Shown piece after piece: positions 10,429-19,284 of a stretch of 32,000 nucleotides of DNA (position 1 is the stretch's first letter; the number at the start of each line of letters is the position of its first letter). The stretch is from Edaphobacter aggregans. GTDB lineage: Bacteria; Acidobacteriota; Terriglobia; Terriglobales; Acidobacteriaceae. The DNA lies in NCBI RefSeq assembly GCF_003945235.1, contig NZ_RSDW01000001.1, forward strand, positions 3,840,001 through 3,872,000, read 5' to 3'. A model generated the notes under the pieces. That model was given only the letters and a program-made list of their open reading frames with translations. It did not search any database and was not told where the DNA came from. A program made the position numbers and the translations under genes.

Positions 10429-10977
10429 ATGACGTCGATCGAGGAATGTGGCTTGGTGCTGTCCATGGAGGACGTGGGATCGGAGATTGACCTTGCGGCT
10501 CTCGTGGAGACTTACTCTGCACTTCTATTCCGGGTCGCTCATTCGGTTCTTCGTTCGCGAGCAGAGGCTGAGGATGTCGTTCAGGATGCTTTTGTTCGCG
10601 TCGTCGAGCGTCGTAGCTCCCTGCGGGCTGTGCGGGACATGCGTGTTTGGCTGATTCGAATCACGTGGAATCTTGCGATCGATCGCAGGAGGCGCGTACG
10701 GCCCGAGCAGATGGACGAGGGTTTTGCGGAGAGTCTGGTCGCGTCGAGTATGCCAGCCGATCAGGCATTGGATGAATCGCAGAGGATGAAGGCTGTTCTG
10801 CGCGAGTTGGAGAGATTGCCGAAGGCGGAGCGCCATGTTCTGCTGCTTTCCTCGCTTGAGGAGCTGGGGACGGTGGAGATGGCGAAGGTTCTGGGAAGAA
10901 GCGAGTCTGCTGTGCGAGCGTTGCTGTTCCGGGCACGAATGCGGTTGCGAGAGCGGCTCGAGAGAGGAGGAGCATGA
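10429..10977 (+). CDS. ECF-type RNA polymerase sigma-70 family factor
   Basis: Region 2 (LLFRVAHSVLRSRAEAEDVVQDAFVRV...WLIRITWNLAIDRRRR) and region 4 (ERHVLLLSSLEELGTVEMAKVLGRSESAVRALLFRARMRLRE). AAGGGA lies upstream of the ATG. Confidence 0.9.
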   Translation: MTSIEECGLVLSMEDVGSEIDLAALVETYSALLFRVAHSVLRSRAEAEDVVQDAFVRVVERRSSLRAVRDMRVWLIRITWNLAIDRRRRVRPEQMDEGFAESLVASSMPADQALDESQRMKAVLRELERLPKAERHVLLLSSLEELGTVEMAKVLGRSESAVRALLFRARMRLRERLERGGA

Positions 10978-11558
10978 GGAAAAGCGCTGAGGACGCGATC
11001 AGCCAGGTGCTGGAGGGTTTGCGCGACGTTGAGGCTCCGATCGGAATGGAGCGACGGATTCTGGATGCAGTGCTGGATCGTGCGTCGGTTAGGTCTGTGC
11101 GGATGCCGCTGTGGGCGTGGAGCGCTGCGCTGGCTTGCGCGATGGTGGCTTGCATTGCGGTCGCTGCAGTTTATCGGACTGCCAGGGTTCCTGTTCCGTC
11201 GATGCATTCGGTCCTTGTAGATAGGACGCCTAAGGCAGATTTAGAGACCCCGGTGAGAAGCGTACCTACTGTTTTAGCTGCGCAGAGCGTGAGGTCGAAG
11301 ACGAATGAGAATGGGAAGAGAGCGAAGGTGGCTCGCGATAACGATGCAGCGGCTTTGCGCGAGATGCATGCTGCCAGCTTTCCGGCGCCACCGATGCCTT
11401 TGACCGAGCAGGAGAAGCTTTTGCTGCGGATCGCTCATCGCCGCGATCCGGAGCAGCTTGCGATGCTGAATCAGGAACTGCGTGACAAGAGGGAAGCAGA
11501 CAGCAACGCGGAGTTTCAGAAGTTTTTTGAACCAACAATCACGGGAGATAGCGAATGA
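10974..11558 (+). CDS. putative anti-sigma factor (single-pass membrane protein)
   Basis: ATGA start/stop overlap with the sigma gene (ATG 10974-10976 / TGA 10975-10977). One TM helix (WAWSAALACAMVACIAVAAVY) sits ~45 aa from the N-terminus, the typical position and topology for a cognate anti-sigma factor. Confidence 0.6.
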   Translation: MRKSAEDAISQVLEGLRDVEAPIGMERRILDAVLDRASVRSVRMPLWAWSAALACAMVACIAVAAVYRTARVPVPSMHSVLVDRTPKADLETPVRSVPTVLAAQSVRSKTNENGKRAKVARDNDAAALREMHAASFPAPPMPLTEQEKLLLRIAHRRDPEQLAMLNQELRDKREADSNAEFQKFFEPTITGDSE

Positions 11559-12331
11559 GGTTGATTAGCACGATGAGAGGGATACGGTCGATGAGGGTAG
11601 TTTGCGGAGTTTTGAGGGTTGTTCTGGCCGTGGGTTTGAGTGGGGGGAGCGTATGGGCGCAGACATCACCTTCCACCGCTGCAAAGCAGAGTTCGGAGTC
11701 TGTACGGACTTTTTATCTTCACAATATCGGTCAGCAGGCCGATGCTAACGAAGTCGTCACTGCGCTTCGCAACTCACTGGATCCGACTGTAAAGATGACA
11801 GGCGTGCCATCACAGAATGCCGTAGTTATACGCGGTACGCCTGACCAACTCGATATGGCACAGAAGCTCATCAACGAGCTTGATCTTCCCAAGAAGAACT
11901 ATCGCCTGACTTACATGATCAACGAGATGGATGGCGACAAGCGCGTTGGCTCGCAGCATTTCACGATAGCCCTAATCCCAGGTCAGGTGACGACGCTAAA
12001 GCAAGGCAGTAAAGTGCCGGTTGTGACGGGAACCTACAATCCAGGGAGTTCGAGTGCGCAAAGTCAGATGACCTATCTCGATGTGGGCATGAATTTTCGT
12101 GCGTCCGTGGAGGAGTTCACCGATGGAGTGAGATTAAGTTCAAAAGTGGAGCAATCGAGCGTCGCCGAGGAGAAGTCCGGTGTGGGTGAGCAGGACCCTA
12201 TCGTGCGGCAGACAATTCTGGAAGGTTCATCGATCCTCGCTCCGGGCAAGCCTCTTAGGTTGGGATCGCTCGATATTCCCGGCAGCACTCGGCATTTGGA
12301 GATTGAGGTGGTTTTGGAGCCGGTTCGATAG
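11555..12331 (+). CDS. exported protein with secretin-N (GspD N-domain-like) module
   Basis: ATGA overlap with the upstream gene (11555-11558), GGGAG RBS and a signal peptide. FYLHNIGQQADANEVVTALRNSLDPTVKMTGVPSQNAVVIRGTPDQLDMAQKLINELD resembles the short secretin N-terminal domain. It has no secretin pore domain. Confidence 0.6.
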   Translation: MRLISTMRGIRSMRVVCGVLRVVLAVGLSGGSVWAQTSPSTAAKQSSESVRTFYLHNIGQQADANEVVTALRNSLDPTVKMTGVPSQNAVVIRGTPDQLDMAQKLINELDLPKKNYRLTYMINEMDGDKRVGSQHFTIALIPGQVTTLKQGSKVPVVTGTYNPGSSSAQSQMTYLDVGMNFRASVEEFTDGVRLSSKVEQSSVAEEKSGVGEQDPIVRQTILEGSSILAPGKPLRLGSLDIPGSTRHLEIEVVLEPVR

Positions 12332-12360
12332 ATAAGGCGAAGCATAGCCATTCGTAATGG

Positions 12361-12419
12361 TGCCCAGGGCTGGTTGAGAGTTCTCTATGTGCGGACTCAT
12401 ATACTGGCCCTGGGCATTT
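12361..12419 (+). terminator. possible terminator hairpin after the ECF operon
   Basis: Perfect 10-bp inverted repeat TGCCCAGGGC (12361-12370) / GCCCTGGGCA (12407-12416) followed by TTT. The loop is unusually long (36 nt), so confidence is low. Confidence 0.35.
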
Positions 12420-12469
12420 GTTAAGGGTGCTGCTATCGCGTTTTATCTTTCTGCTGGAGTGCTGGGCTT

Positions 12470-13702
12470 TTGCGAAGTCTGACGACGGCTGTTGAGGAGC
12501 GGACCGATCGTGCGCGTTGGCGCATGCTCGGATTGATCTGCGCTGGCGTTGTGCTGTGCATGACGACTTGGTTTTCTGCGACGGCGATTACACCGGAGCT
12601 TGTTCAGCTTTGGCGGTTGTCCGCCGGGCAGGTCGCATGGCTGACCAATGCGGTTCAACTAGGCTTCGTTACCGGGGCGCTGCTTTCAAGTTTTGTCAGT
12701 CTTCCAGATTTGATTCCGCTGCGTAGATTGATGGGAGTGAGCGCGCTTGTGGCGGCGTCGGCAAATCTGTGTCTGCTGTGGGTGCCTTCCGTAGCTTTGC
12801 TGCTGGCGGCGCGTTTTGTTACGGGCGTGGCGCTTGCGGGAATCTATCCGCCGGCTCTTAAGCTGATATCGACGTGGTTCGTGCGTGGACGAGGCACAGC
12901 GTTGGGGATGGTGATCGCGGCGTTGACGCTGGGGTCGGCGCTGCCTCATCTCGTGCGATTTCTGACGGATCGTGTTAATTGGCAGGCTGTGGTGGTGGCG
13001 GCATCGGTGTGCACGCTGGCGGGTGCGGGTTTGATGGTGTTCTTTGCTGCGGAGGGGCCGTTTCCGTTCAGCAGGGCTGTGTTCAATCCGCGTTATGTCG
13101 GGGTGGTGCTGCGAAATCGTCCGCTCGTCCTGGCCAATCTTGGCTACCTGGGGCATATGTGGGAGTTGTATGCCATGTGGGGATGGTTTCTGGCGTTTGT
13201 GCGGGCGGCGTCTCCGCATCTCGGTTTGGCTGGGACTAAGACTGCGTCGCTTGTGACTTTTGCGGTGATCGCCTCGGGGATTGTTGGAGCAGTGTTGGGT
13301 GGAGTGCTGGCTGATCGTACGAGTCGTCCTTTCGCCGCCGGGTTGATGATGACGTTGTCCGGCCTGTGTGCTTTGGCGATTGGTGTCGTCTTCGACGGGC
13401 CACTGTGGCTGTTTCTGCTGATTGCTGTTCTGTGGGGGATTACAGTCATTGGCGACTCGGCGCAGTTTTCGGCGATGGCGACGGAACTCAGCGACCCGAG
13501 CTATGTCGGAACTGCACTCGCGCTTCAACTCGGTCTCGGCTTTGCGCTGACGCTTGTGTCGATCCGCTTCACGTCAGTGCTTGCGGCGCACATCGGCTGG
13601 CGCTGGAGTTTCCTGCCGTTGGCAGTTGGGCCTGCCGTTGGGGTGGTTGCGATGGTGCTTTTGCGCCGTTTGCAACAGGGCGGGGTTCTCAACAAAGGCT
13701 AG
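12470..13702 (+). CDS. MFS transporter
   Basis: 410 aa with ~12 hydrophobic helices and an MFS-like loop 2-3 region (ARFVTGVALAGIYPPALKLISTWF..RGRGTALG). Start is TTG 12470 as listed; ATG 12524 is an alternative. Confidence 0.85.
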   Translation: MRSLTTAVEERTDRARWRMLGLICAGVVLCMTTWFSATAITPELVQLWRLSAGQVAWLTNAVQLGFVTGALLSSFVSLPDLIPLRRLMGVSALVAASANLCLLWVPSVALLLAARFVTGVALAGIYPPALKLISTWFVRGRGTALGMVIAALTLGSALPHLVRFLTDRVNWQAVVVAASVCTLAGAGLMVFFAAEGPFPFSRAVFNPRYVGVVLRNRPLVLANLGYLGHMWELYAMWGWFLAFVRAASPHLGLAGTKTASLVTFAVIASGIVGAVLGGVLADRTSRPFAAGLMMTLSGLCALAIGVVFDGPLWLFLLIAVLWGITVIGDSAQFSAMATELSDPSYVGTALALQLGLGFALTLVSIRFTSVLAAHIGWRWSFLPLAVGPAVGVVAMVLLRRLQQGGVLNKG

Positions 13703-13719
13703 CTAGGTATACCGAAGAA

Positions 13720-15597
13720 CTATTCTGCCTTGCCTACGGAGTGGTCCTTATAGACCTTTTGGAACTGGGTGAAGGCTAGCTTCTTTTTGCCGTCTTCGGA
13801 GATGAGGCCCTTGCGGTTGAAGCCGTCCTGCAACTTAGGAATGTTGCGAGTGGGCGAGCGGAAGTCCATCAAGACCCAGGGAACGAGGCCACGTACCTGA
13901 GGGATCTTGCTGATCATGACGAACTGATGTTCGTAGACGTTGACTTGTTGCTCTTCGGCCCAACGCTCGTCTTTGCCGCCGTGGACTCCTTGCTTTGCTT
14001 CGGCTCCGAACTCTGAAATGAGAATGGGTTTCTGCGGGAGCGTCCACTTGATGTTGTCGGCGTCTTCGGGGCGACCCTCGTACCAACCGACGTATTCGTT
14101 CTGGCCTACGACGTCGAGAGCGTTGGCCAGTGGGTCGTCCTGGACCATCTCGTTCCCTTTGGCGTGTGGGCCGATGAGGGCGGAGGTGATGGGGCGCGTG
14201 GGGTCGAGTTTGCGTGCTTCGTTGGCTAGGTTAGTGAGGAATTCTGTGCGCGTGGGGTTGTTGGGCGTCTCGTTGGAGACGGACCAGAGGATGACCGAAG
14301 CTTTATTGCGATCGCGCCGGATCATCTCGTTGAGCATGTAGGTGGCTTTGGCGTAGACCTCAGGTTTTTCGAAGGAGATATGCTGCCAGAGCGGAATCTC
14401 TGACCAGATCATGATGCCTTCGCGATCTGCGGTGCGCTCCATGCGTTCATCGTGCGGGTAGTGGGCTAGACGAACGAAGTTGGCGTTGAGGTCTTTCAGG
14501 AAGCCGAAGATATTTTTGACGTCTTCGTCGCTGTAGGCGCGGCCGGTGCGATAGGGGGCCTCGGCATGCATGTTGGCGCCCTGCAGAAAGATGGCTTTGC
14601 CGTTGAGGAGGATGCGCGTGCCGTCGACGCGGATGTCGCGGAAGCCGATGTCGTCGGTGAGCTTGTCTTCACCGGAGGCGAGTTCGACTTTGTAGAGCTT
14701 TGGCGTCTCGGGTGACCAAAGATCGAGCTTGCTGGCCTTGATGTCGAAGGGTGCGCGTCCTTCTGCGTCTGTTTTGAGGGTGGTGTTGACGCCTGCCTCG
14801 GGTATGCGGAGGGTGACAGGGGTTCCGGCCGTGGCGCCTACGACGTGAACGTAGCCGGTCAGGTTGGTATTGGAGGGGGAGAAGGTGCCTTCGTGCTTGA
14901 GGTGGACGTCGTAGTCGTCGATGAACTGCGTGGGAAGCGTGACGAGGGAGATATCGCGGGTGAGGCCGCCGTAGTTGAACCAGTCGATGCCGACGGAGGG
15001 AATGCCGTCGACTTCGCGGGTGGAGTCCACGGCGATGACGACGAAGTTGGTGCCGGGTTTGAGCGCTGCGGTGACTTCGCAGTCGAACGGGGTGAAGCCG
15101 CCTTCGTGATCGCAGATGCGCTTCTGATTGACCCAGACAAAGGACTTATAGTTCGCAGCGCCGATGTGGAGGAAGGTGCGCGTGTTGGGCCTGGGCTGGA
15201 AGTCGAAGTCGCGTTGATACCAGATGACTCCTTCGTAGCGAAAGAGAGTGGGGTCCTGGGTGTTCCAATCGCCGGGGACTTTCAGGGTGGGAGCAGTGGC
15301 GAAGTCGTATTCGTCGTTATGCGGACCGCTATTGATATTTGGGTGGGTGTTCAGGGCGTAGCTGTTGTCGCGGACCTTGCCTGCAGGTGTGTAGAGGGCT
15401 CGCGCTGGCGGCTGGTCGACGAGGTAGTGCCAGTCTCCATTCAGGGACATGACGGAGCGGTGGTCGACGCCGACGAGAAGCGTCTTAAGTGGTTGCTGCG
15501 CAAGCGCCGGCAGGGCGGCGGCATACCAGACAAGGGAAATAAATGTTTTACGGCAGCCCAGTTTTCCACCTGCGAAGACCTTCGAGAAATAAGTCAT
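13720..15597 (-). CDS. glycoside hydrolase family 2 (beta-glucuronidase/beta-galactosidase-like), exported
   Basis: Signal peptide; sugar-binding and Ig-like N-domains. TIM-barrel motifs NFVRLAHYPHDE, ILWSVSNE (acid/base Glu) and LISEFGAE (nucleophile Glu). GAGGGTG RBS. Confidence 0.88.
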   Translation of the reverse strand: MTYFSKVFAGGKLGCRKTFISLVWYAAALPALAQQPLKTLLVGVDHRSVMSLNGDWHYLVDQPPARALYTPAGKVRDNSYALNTHPNINSGPHNDEYDFATAPTLKVPGDWNTQDPTLFRYEGVIWYQRDFDFQPRPNTRTFLHIGAANYKSFVWVNQKRICDHEGGFTPFDCEVTAALKPGTNFVVIAVDSTREVDGIPSVGIDWFNYGGLTRDISLVTLPTQFIDDYDVHLKHEGTFSPSNTNLTGYVHVVGATAGTPVTLRIPEAGVNTTLKTDAEGRAPFDIKASKLDLWSPETPKLYKVELASGEDKLTDDIGFRDIRVDGTRILLNGKAIFLQGANMHAEAPYRTGRAYSDEDVKNIFGFLKDLNANFVRLAHYPHDERMERTADREGIMIWSEIPLWQHISFEKPEVYAKATYMLNEMIRRDRNKASVILWSVSNETPNNPTRTEFLTNLANEARKLDPTRPITSALIGPHAKGNEMVQDDPLANALDVVGQNEYVGWYEGRPEDADNIKWTLPQKPILISEFGAEAKQGVHGGKDERWAEEQQVNVYEHQFVMISKIPQVRGLVPWVLMDFRSPTRNIPKLQDGFNRKGLISEDGKKKLAFTQFQKVYKDHSVGKAE

Positions 15598-15821
15598 ACC
15601 ACTTCACCCTCTGGCAGGAATTGAAGGAATTTTGAATGAAACACGAAAGAGGGCGAGACGGATAGCAGCACAAGCAACCGAACGTCACACACCTTGGCCC
15701 ACCGGGCAATCGTACCAGACGGTTGTCGTGGCTTTCCATTGAGCATCAGGGCGCGTAGCGCGTTTCGTGCAGAGGAGGGAGTCAGCTTACGAAGTGGGTT
15801 CGGTGGTAGTCTGACCGAAGT

Positions 15822-16970
15822 ATGGGTTTTTCGGTACGGTTTCGGATGGGGTTGCGGGCGCTGCTGGGTGTGGCGCTGCTGGGGGCTTCGGCTGGGCTTG
15901 CGGTAGGGCAGGCAGGACAGACGACGCTGGTGGTGCCTCCTGCTCCGCTATTGCCTGTGCAACTTGGCGATTGGGTGAAGGGCGACGCGCCACCGGCGGA
16001 TAGTGTGGCGCAAGCCGATGATCCGGTGCTGGCCGAGTCTGGGCTGAAGCGGCAGGAGCGTGCGGTCTATCACTCGGGGGCGAATCCTCAGCAGACGATT
16101 GCGGTGACGGCGTATCAGTTTGTCGATGCGACGGGAGCTCATTCAGCTTACAGCTACTATCAGCGGCCGGGCGGGTATAAGGGACCGAAGATCGGTGATG
16201 AGACGGCGAATGGATTTCTGTTCCGTAGCGGGACGACGCTGGTTTCAGTTGACTCGAAGCTTCCTGTTGATCAGACCGCTATGGTTCTGAGGGATCTGGA
16301 GACGCATCTGCCGAAGGTGGGTGGGCCTAAAGGACTTCCTCCGCTGCTGCCAACGTATCTGCCAGCGAAGGGACTGCAGACGGACTCTGTGAAGTATGCG
16401 TTGGGGCCATTGAGCTACAAGGCGATGGGCGGCATGCTGCCGGGAGAGATCATCGGGTTCGACAAGGCGGCTGAGGTGGTAACGGCGAAGTATGCAGGGC
16501 AGGGTACGCTGACGCTGCTGCTGTATCCGACGCCTCAGATTGCTGGGGAGCATGGGCGCGCGATCGTGGAGGAGGTCAATCGAATAGGGCCTCCTGCAGG
16601 GACGGTGTTGCTACGGCGCGAGGGTCCCCTAGTTCTGATGACGACGGGAGCGTGGGACGCTGCCGAGGCGAAGCGGATGGTCGAGGGTATCCATCTGCGG
16701 AATGAGCTGACGTGGAACAAGCCGGTGCCACTGGAGTTTCATGCCGAGGTGCTGAAGACGTACAGCTTGCTGACGAGCATTGCCATCTTCTGCGGAGTGG
16801 GAGCGCTGGCGGCGGTGATACTCGGACTGTTCCTGGGCGGCGGACGGGCGGCGATTCGGGTGCTTCAGGGTAAGCCAGCCGCGTCGGAGCCGGAGTTTTT
16901 GCGGATCGATCTGAGCGGAAGAGTGGCGGCAATTCATCCCGAGGGTATCGAGGGAGAGGCTCAAAGGTAG
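15822..16970 (+). CDS. exported hypothetical protein with C-terminal TM anchor
   Basis: Signal-like N-terminus (LRALLGVALLGASAGLAVGQA), a C-terminal TM helix (LLTSIAIFCGVGALAAVILGLFLGG) and native G-ending codon bias. Start is 15822 or 15846. No family recognised. Confidence 0.65.
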   Translation: MGFSVRFRMGLRALLGVALLGASAGLAVGQAGQTTLVVPPAPLLPVQLGDWVKGDAPPADSVAQADDPVLAESGLKRQERAVYHSGANPQQTIAVTAYQFVDATGAHSAYSYYQRPGGYKGPKIGDETANGFLFRSGTTLVSVDSKLPVDQTAMVLRDLETHLPKVGGPKGLPPLLPTYLPAKGLQTDSVKYALGPLSYKAMGGMLPGEIIGFDKAAEVVTAKYAGQGTLTLLLYPTPQIAGEHGRAIVEEVNRIGPPAGTVLLRREGPLVLMTTGAWDAAEAKRMVEGIHLRNELTWNKPVPLEFHAEVLKTYSLLTSIAIFCGVGALAAVILGLFLGGGRAAIRVLQGKPAASEPEFLRIDLSGRVAAIHPEGIEGEAQR

Positions 16971-17171
16971 ATTCAGGTGGGGTTGCGGGGCTCCGATGTG
17001 TGCACTGGGGATGGTGCAGGCGGGGGGCTAAGCGGCTGATTCGATAGTGCTTTGATGGTTGGTCGGACCGCTAAAAGCGAATGTATGGCGAATGCATAGA
17101 AGCATGTTGTAGGTTTAGTAACCCTCGTAACTGCATAGCAAATAATGACTTACGATTGTCTAGTTTTAGCC

Positions 17172-17200
17172 TTGACACGTCATTTTGCCAAACTTAGTAT
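17172..17200 (+). promoter_or_regulatory. sigma-70-like promoter candidate
   Basis: TTGACA (17172-17177), a 17-nt spacer, then TAGTAT (17195-17200), in a locally AT-rich intergenic stretch. Confidence 0.4.
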
Positions 17201-17252
17201 TTCGCCAGAAAGTTCTGATGGCTTTGCCTCCGTTGGAACTATTCTCCCTAAA

Positions 17253-17291
17253 GAAGAGGCCGCCCTGTTGCCGGGCGGCTTCTTCGCGTTT
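17253..17291 (+). terminator. strong GC-rich hairpin (terminator/attenuator candidate)
   Basis: 13-bp stem GAAGAGGCCGCCC (17253-17265) / GGGCGGCTTCTTC (17273-17285) with one G-U pair and a 7-nt loop, followed by GCGTTTGTG. It lies ~50 nt downstream of the predicted promoter. Confidence 0.45.
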
Positions 17292-17436
17292 GTGCGGAAG
17301 ACGGAAGGAGGTCGTTACCAAAGTGGGAGAGTGGGGGTCGAGAACTGGCGATAGAACTGTGACGGGGAGGCAAGAGCGTCGATAGAGAGAGTGTCGAAAG
17401 GCGCCGAAGAGGCTCTTTTTGCAGGAGGGACACTCG

Positions 17437-17568
17437 ATGATCGCGGTTCTGATGGTGGTGCTGTATCTGGTTCTTATCCTGATGCCGTGCCTGATCGCGG
17501 CGAGCATCGATCTTGAGGCCGAGGAAGCGAATGCAATGGCCCCAATGGAGGAGGGTGACCGGGGTTGA
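17437..17568 (+). CDS. candidate 43-aa membrane micro-protein upstream of GH28
   Basis: ATG 17437 is preceded by AGGAGGG (17423-17429, 7-nt spacing). Product MIAVLMVVLYLVLILMPCLIAASIDLEAEEANAMAPMEEGDRG has one TM helix plus an acidic tail. It falls below the ORF-track size cutoff. Confidence 0.45.
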   Translation: MIAVLMVVLYLVLILMPCLIAASIDLEAEEANAMAPMEEGDRG

Positions 17569-17613
17569 TCGATTGTGCTAGTTTGGCCTCTGCGGTTTCA
17601 GGAGGTCGGACCA

Positions 17614-19071
17614 ATGATGTGGCGACAGGTGCGTGTTCGGGTCGGAGTGGCTTTGTGGGCGGGTTGCACTTGGCTTTCGGCGGCCTCGCAGGATACGCGG
17701 CAGGTCGTAGAGCCGAAGATTCCGCCGGCTTGCGTGCAGTTGGAGGCGAAGCTTAAGACCGTCGATGACAAGGTTGCTCCGGCTGACGAGTCGAATCTGG
17801 ATACTGAGAGGATCCAGAAGGCTCTGGATGGGTGCGCGCCGGGGAAGGCCGTGGAGTTGAAGACCGCTGGCGGCAACAATGCCTTTTTGACAGGACCGCT
17901 GGAGATGCGGACCGGCGTAACGCTGCTGGTGGACAAGGGAGTGACTCTATTCGGGTCGCGGGATGCCTCTCTTTACGAAGTGACGGGCGAAGGGGTGACG
18001 CCGGGATTGTGCGGGACGATTGCGACGGGTGCTCCGCCGCCGGTTTTTCCGGCTCCACAGCGTCCGGCTCCGGTGCGCGGGGGGTGCAGACCGCTGATCT
18101 CGGTGATTAATGCCAAAGATGTCGGGATCATGGGGGACGGCGTGATCGACGGACGGGGCTACGCGAAGATTCTGGGCAAGGACTATAGCTGGTGGGAGAT
18201 GGCACGCAAGGCCGAGCCGAAGAATGAGCGGTACTTTACGACCAGGATGATTGTTGCCAGCCATGCCGACGGGCTGGTGATGTATCGGATTACGCTGCAT
18301 AACTCTACGAACTTCCACGTAAGCGTGAATCAGACGAATGGGTTCACAGCCTGGGGCGTGCATCTGTTGACGCCGACGACCCGCGGCGTGGATGCACGAA
18401 ATACGGATGGCATCGATCCGGGGAGTTCGACGAACGTGACGGTTGCGCATAGCTGGATCGACAATGGCGACGACAACATCGCCATCAAGACGGGCGTGTC
18501 GCACATGAGCGTGCTGGACAATCATTTTTTCAGCGGGCACGGCATGTCGATCGGGAGCGAGACGTTTACAGGACAGAGCTTTCTGTTGGTGGACGGCCTG
18601 ACGTTGGACCATACGACCAGCGGTATCCGGATCAAGAGCAATGTGACGCGCGGCGGTTCGGTGCACGATCTGGTGTACCAGAACATCTGCATGCGCGGCG
18701 TGAAGAATCCGATTGCGATCAGCCCGTATTACACGAACCAGACGACGGAGCCATACGAAGATCCGAAGTATACGGGAGATCGGATTCCGGACTACAAGGC
18801 GATTACGATTCGCAATCTGACGAGTACGACTCCGGGAGACGTTCTGATTGCCGGCTTGAACGACGAGCACCAGACCGAGATTGCCCTGGATAATGTGCAC
18901 ATCGCCGACATTACGAAGGCACAGGTCCACGGCCACTTTGCGACGGTAACGGTGGGGCCTGGCGCGACGAACATAGACTTCAGCGGGACTGATATCAAAG
19001 TCGTTGCGACGAAGGGAGAGAAGAGCGGCGCGGCGTATAGCTGTGATGGAAGGTTCGTGCCAATGCAGTAG
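17614..19071 (+). CDS. glycoside hydrolase family 28 (polygalacturonase-like), exported
   Basis: ATG 17614 with AGGAGG 8 nt upstream; signal peptide MMWRQVRVRVGVALWAGCTWLSAAS. GH28 signature set NTDGIDP, GDDNIAIK, SGHGMSIGSE and IRIKS. Confidence 0.9.
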   Translation: MMWRQVRVRVGVALWAGCTWLSAASQDTRQVVEPKIPPACVQLEAKLKTVDDKVAPADESNLDTERIQKALDGCAPGKAVELKTAGGNNAFLTGPLEMRTGVTLLVDKGVTLFGSRDASLYEVTGEGVTPGLCGTIATGAPPPVFPAPQRPAPVRGGCRPLISVINAKDVGIMGDGVIDGRGYAKILGKDYSWWEMARKAEPKNERYFTTRMIVASHADGLVMYRITLHNSTNFHVSVNQTNGFTAWGVHLLTPTTRGVDARNTDGIDPGSSTNVTVAHSWIDNGDDNIAIKTGVSHMSVLDNHFFSGHGMSIGSETFTGQSFLLVDGLTLDHTTSGIRIKSNVTRGGSVHDLVYQNICMRGVKNPIAISPYYTNQTTEPYEDPKYTGDRIPDYKAITIRNLTSTTPGDVLIAGLNDEHQTEIALDNVHIADITKAQVHGHFATVTVGPGATNIDFSGTDIKVVATKGEKSGAAYSCDGRFVPMQ

Positions 19072-19134
19072 AGCGGGCTATTTTCGAGGGTGATTTTGCG
19101 CGATGCGTCTTCACCCGCTAAAATAGATCCATAC

Positions 19135-19210
<76 letters not shown>

Positions 19211-19244
19211 TTCCTTTCAATAATTTAGAGCTATTTTTCGTAGG

Positions 19245-19271
19245 CTCCCACAGAACGATTGTGGGAGTTTT
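19245..19271 (+). terminator. rho-independent terminator-like hairpin after the tRNA
   Basis: 8-bp stem CTCCCACA (19245-19252) / TGTGGGAG (19260-19267), 7-nt loop, then TTTT (19268-19271). Confidence 0.5.
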
Positions 19272-19284
19272 GTGGGAATCGATT

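Noticed and set aside
17166-17507. 113-aa minus-strand ORF, and 66-69 aa + ORFs, in the gap upstream of GH28.
   Set aside because: Implausible composition, no RBS, and they run across the promoter and hairpin elements. The 43-codon RBS-bearing ORF is the only credible coding candidate here.
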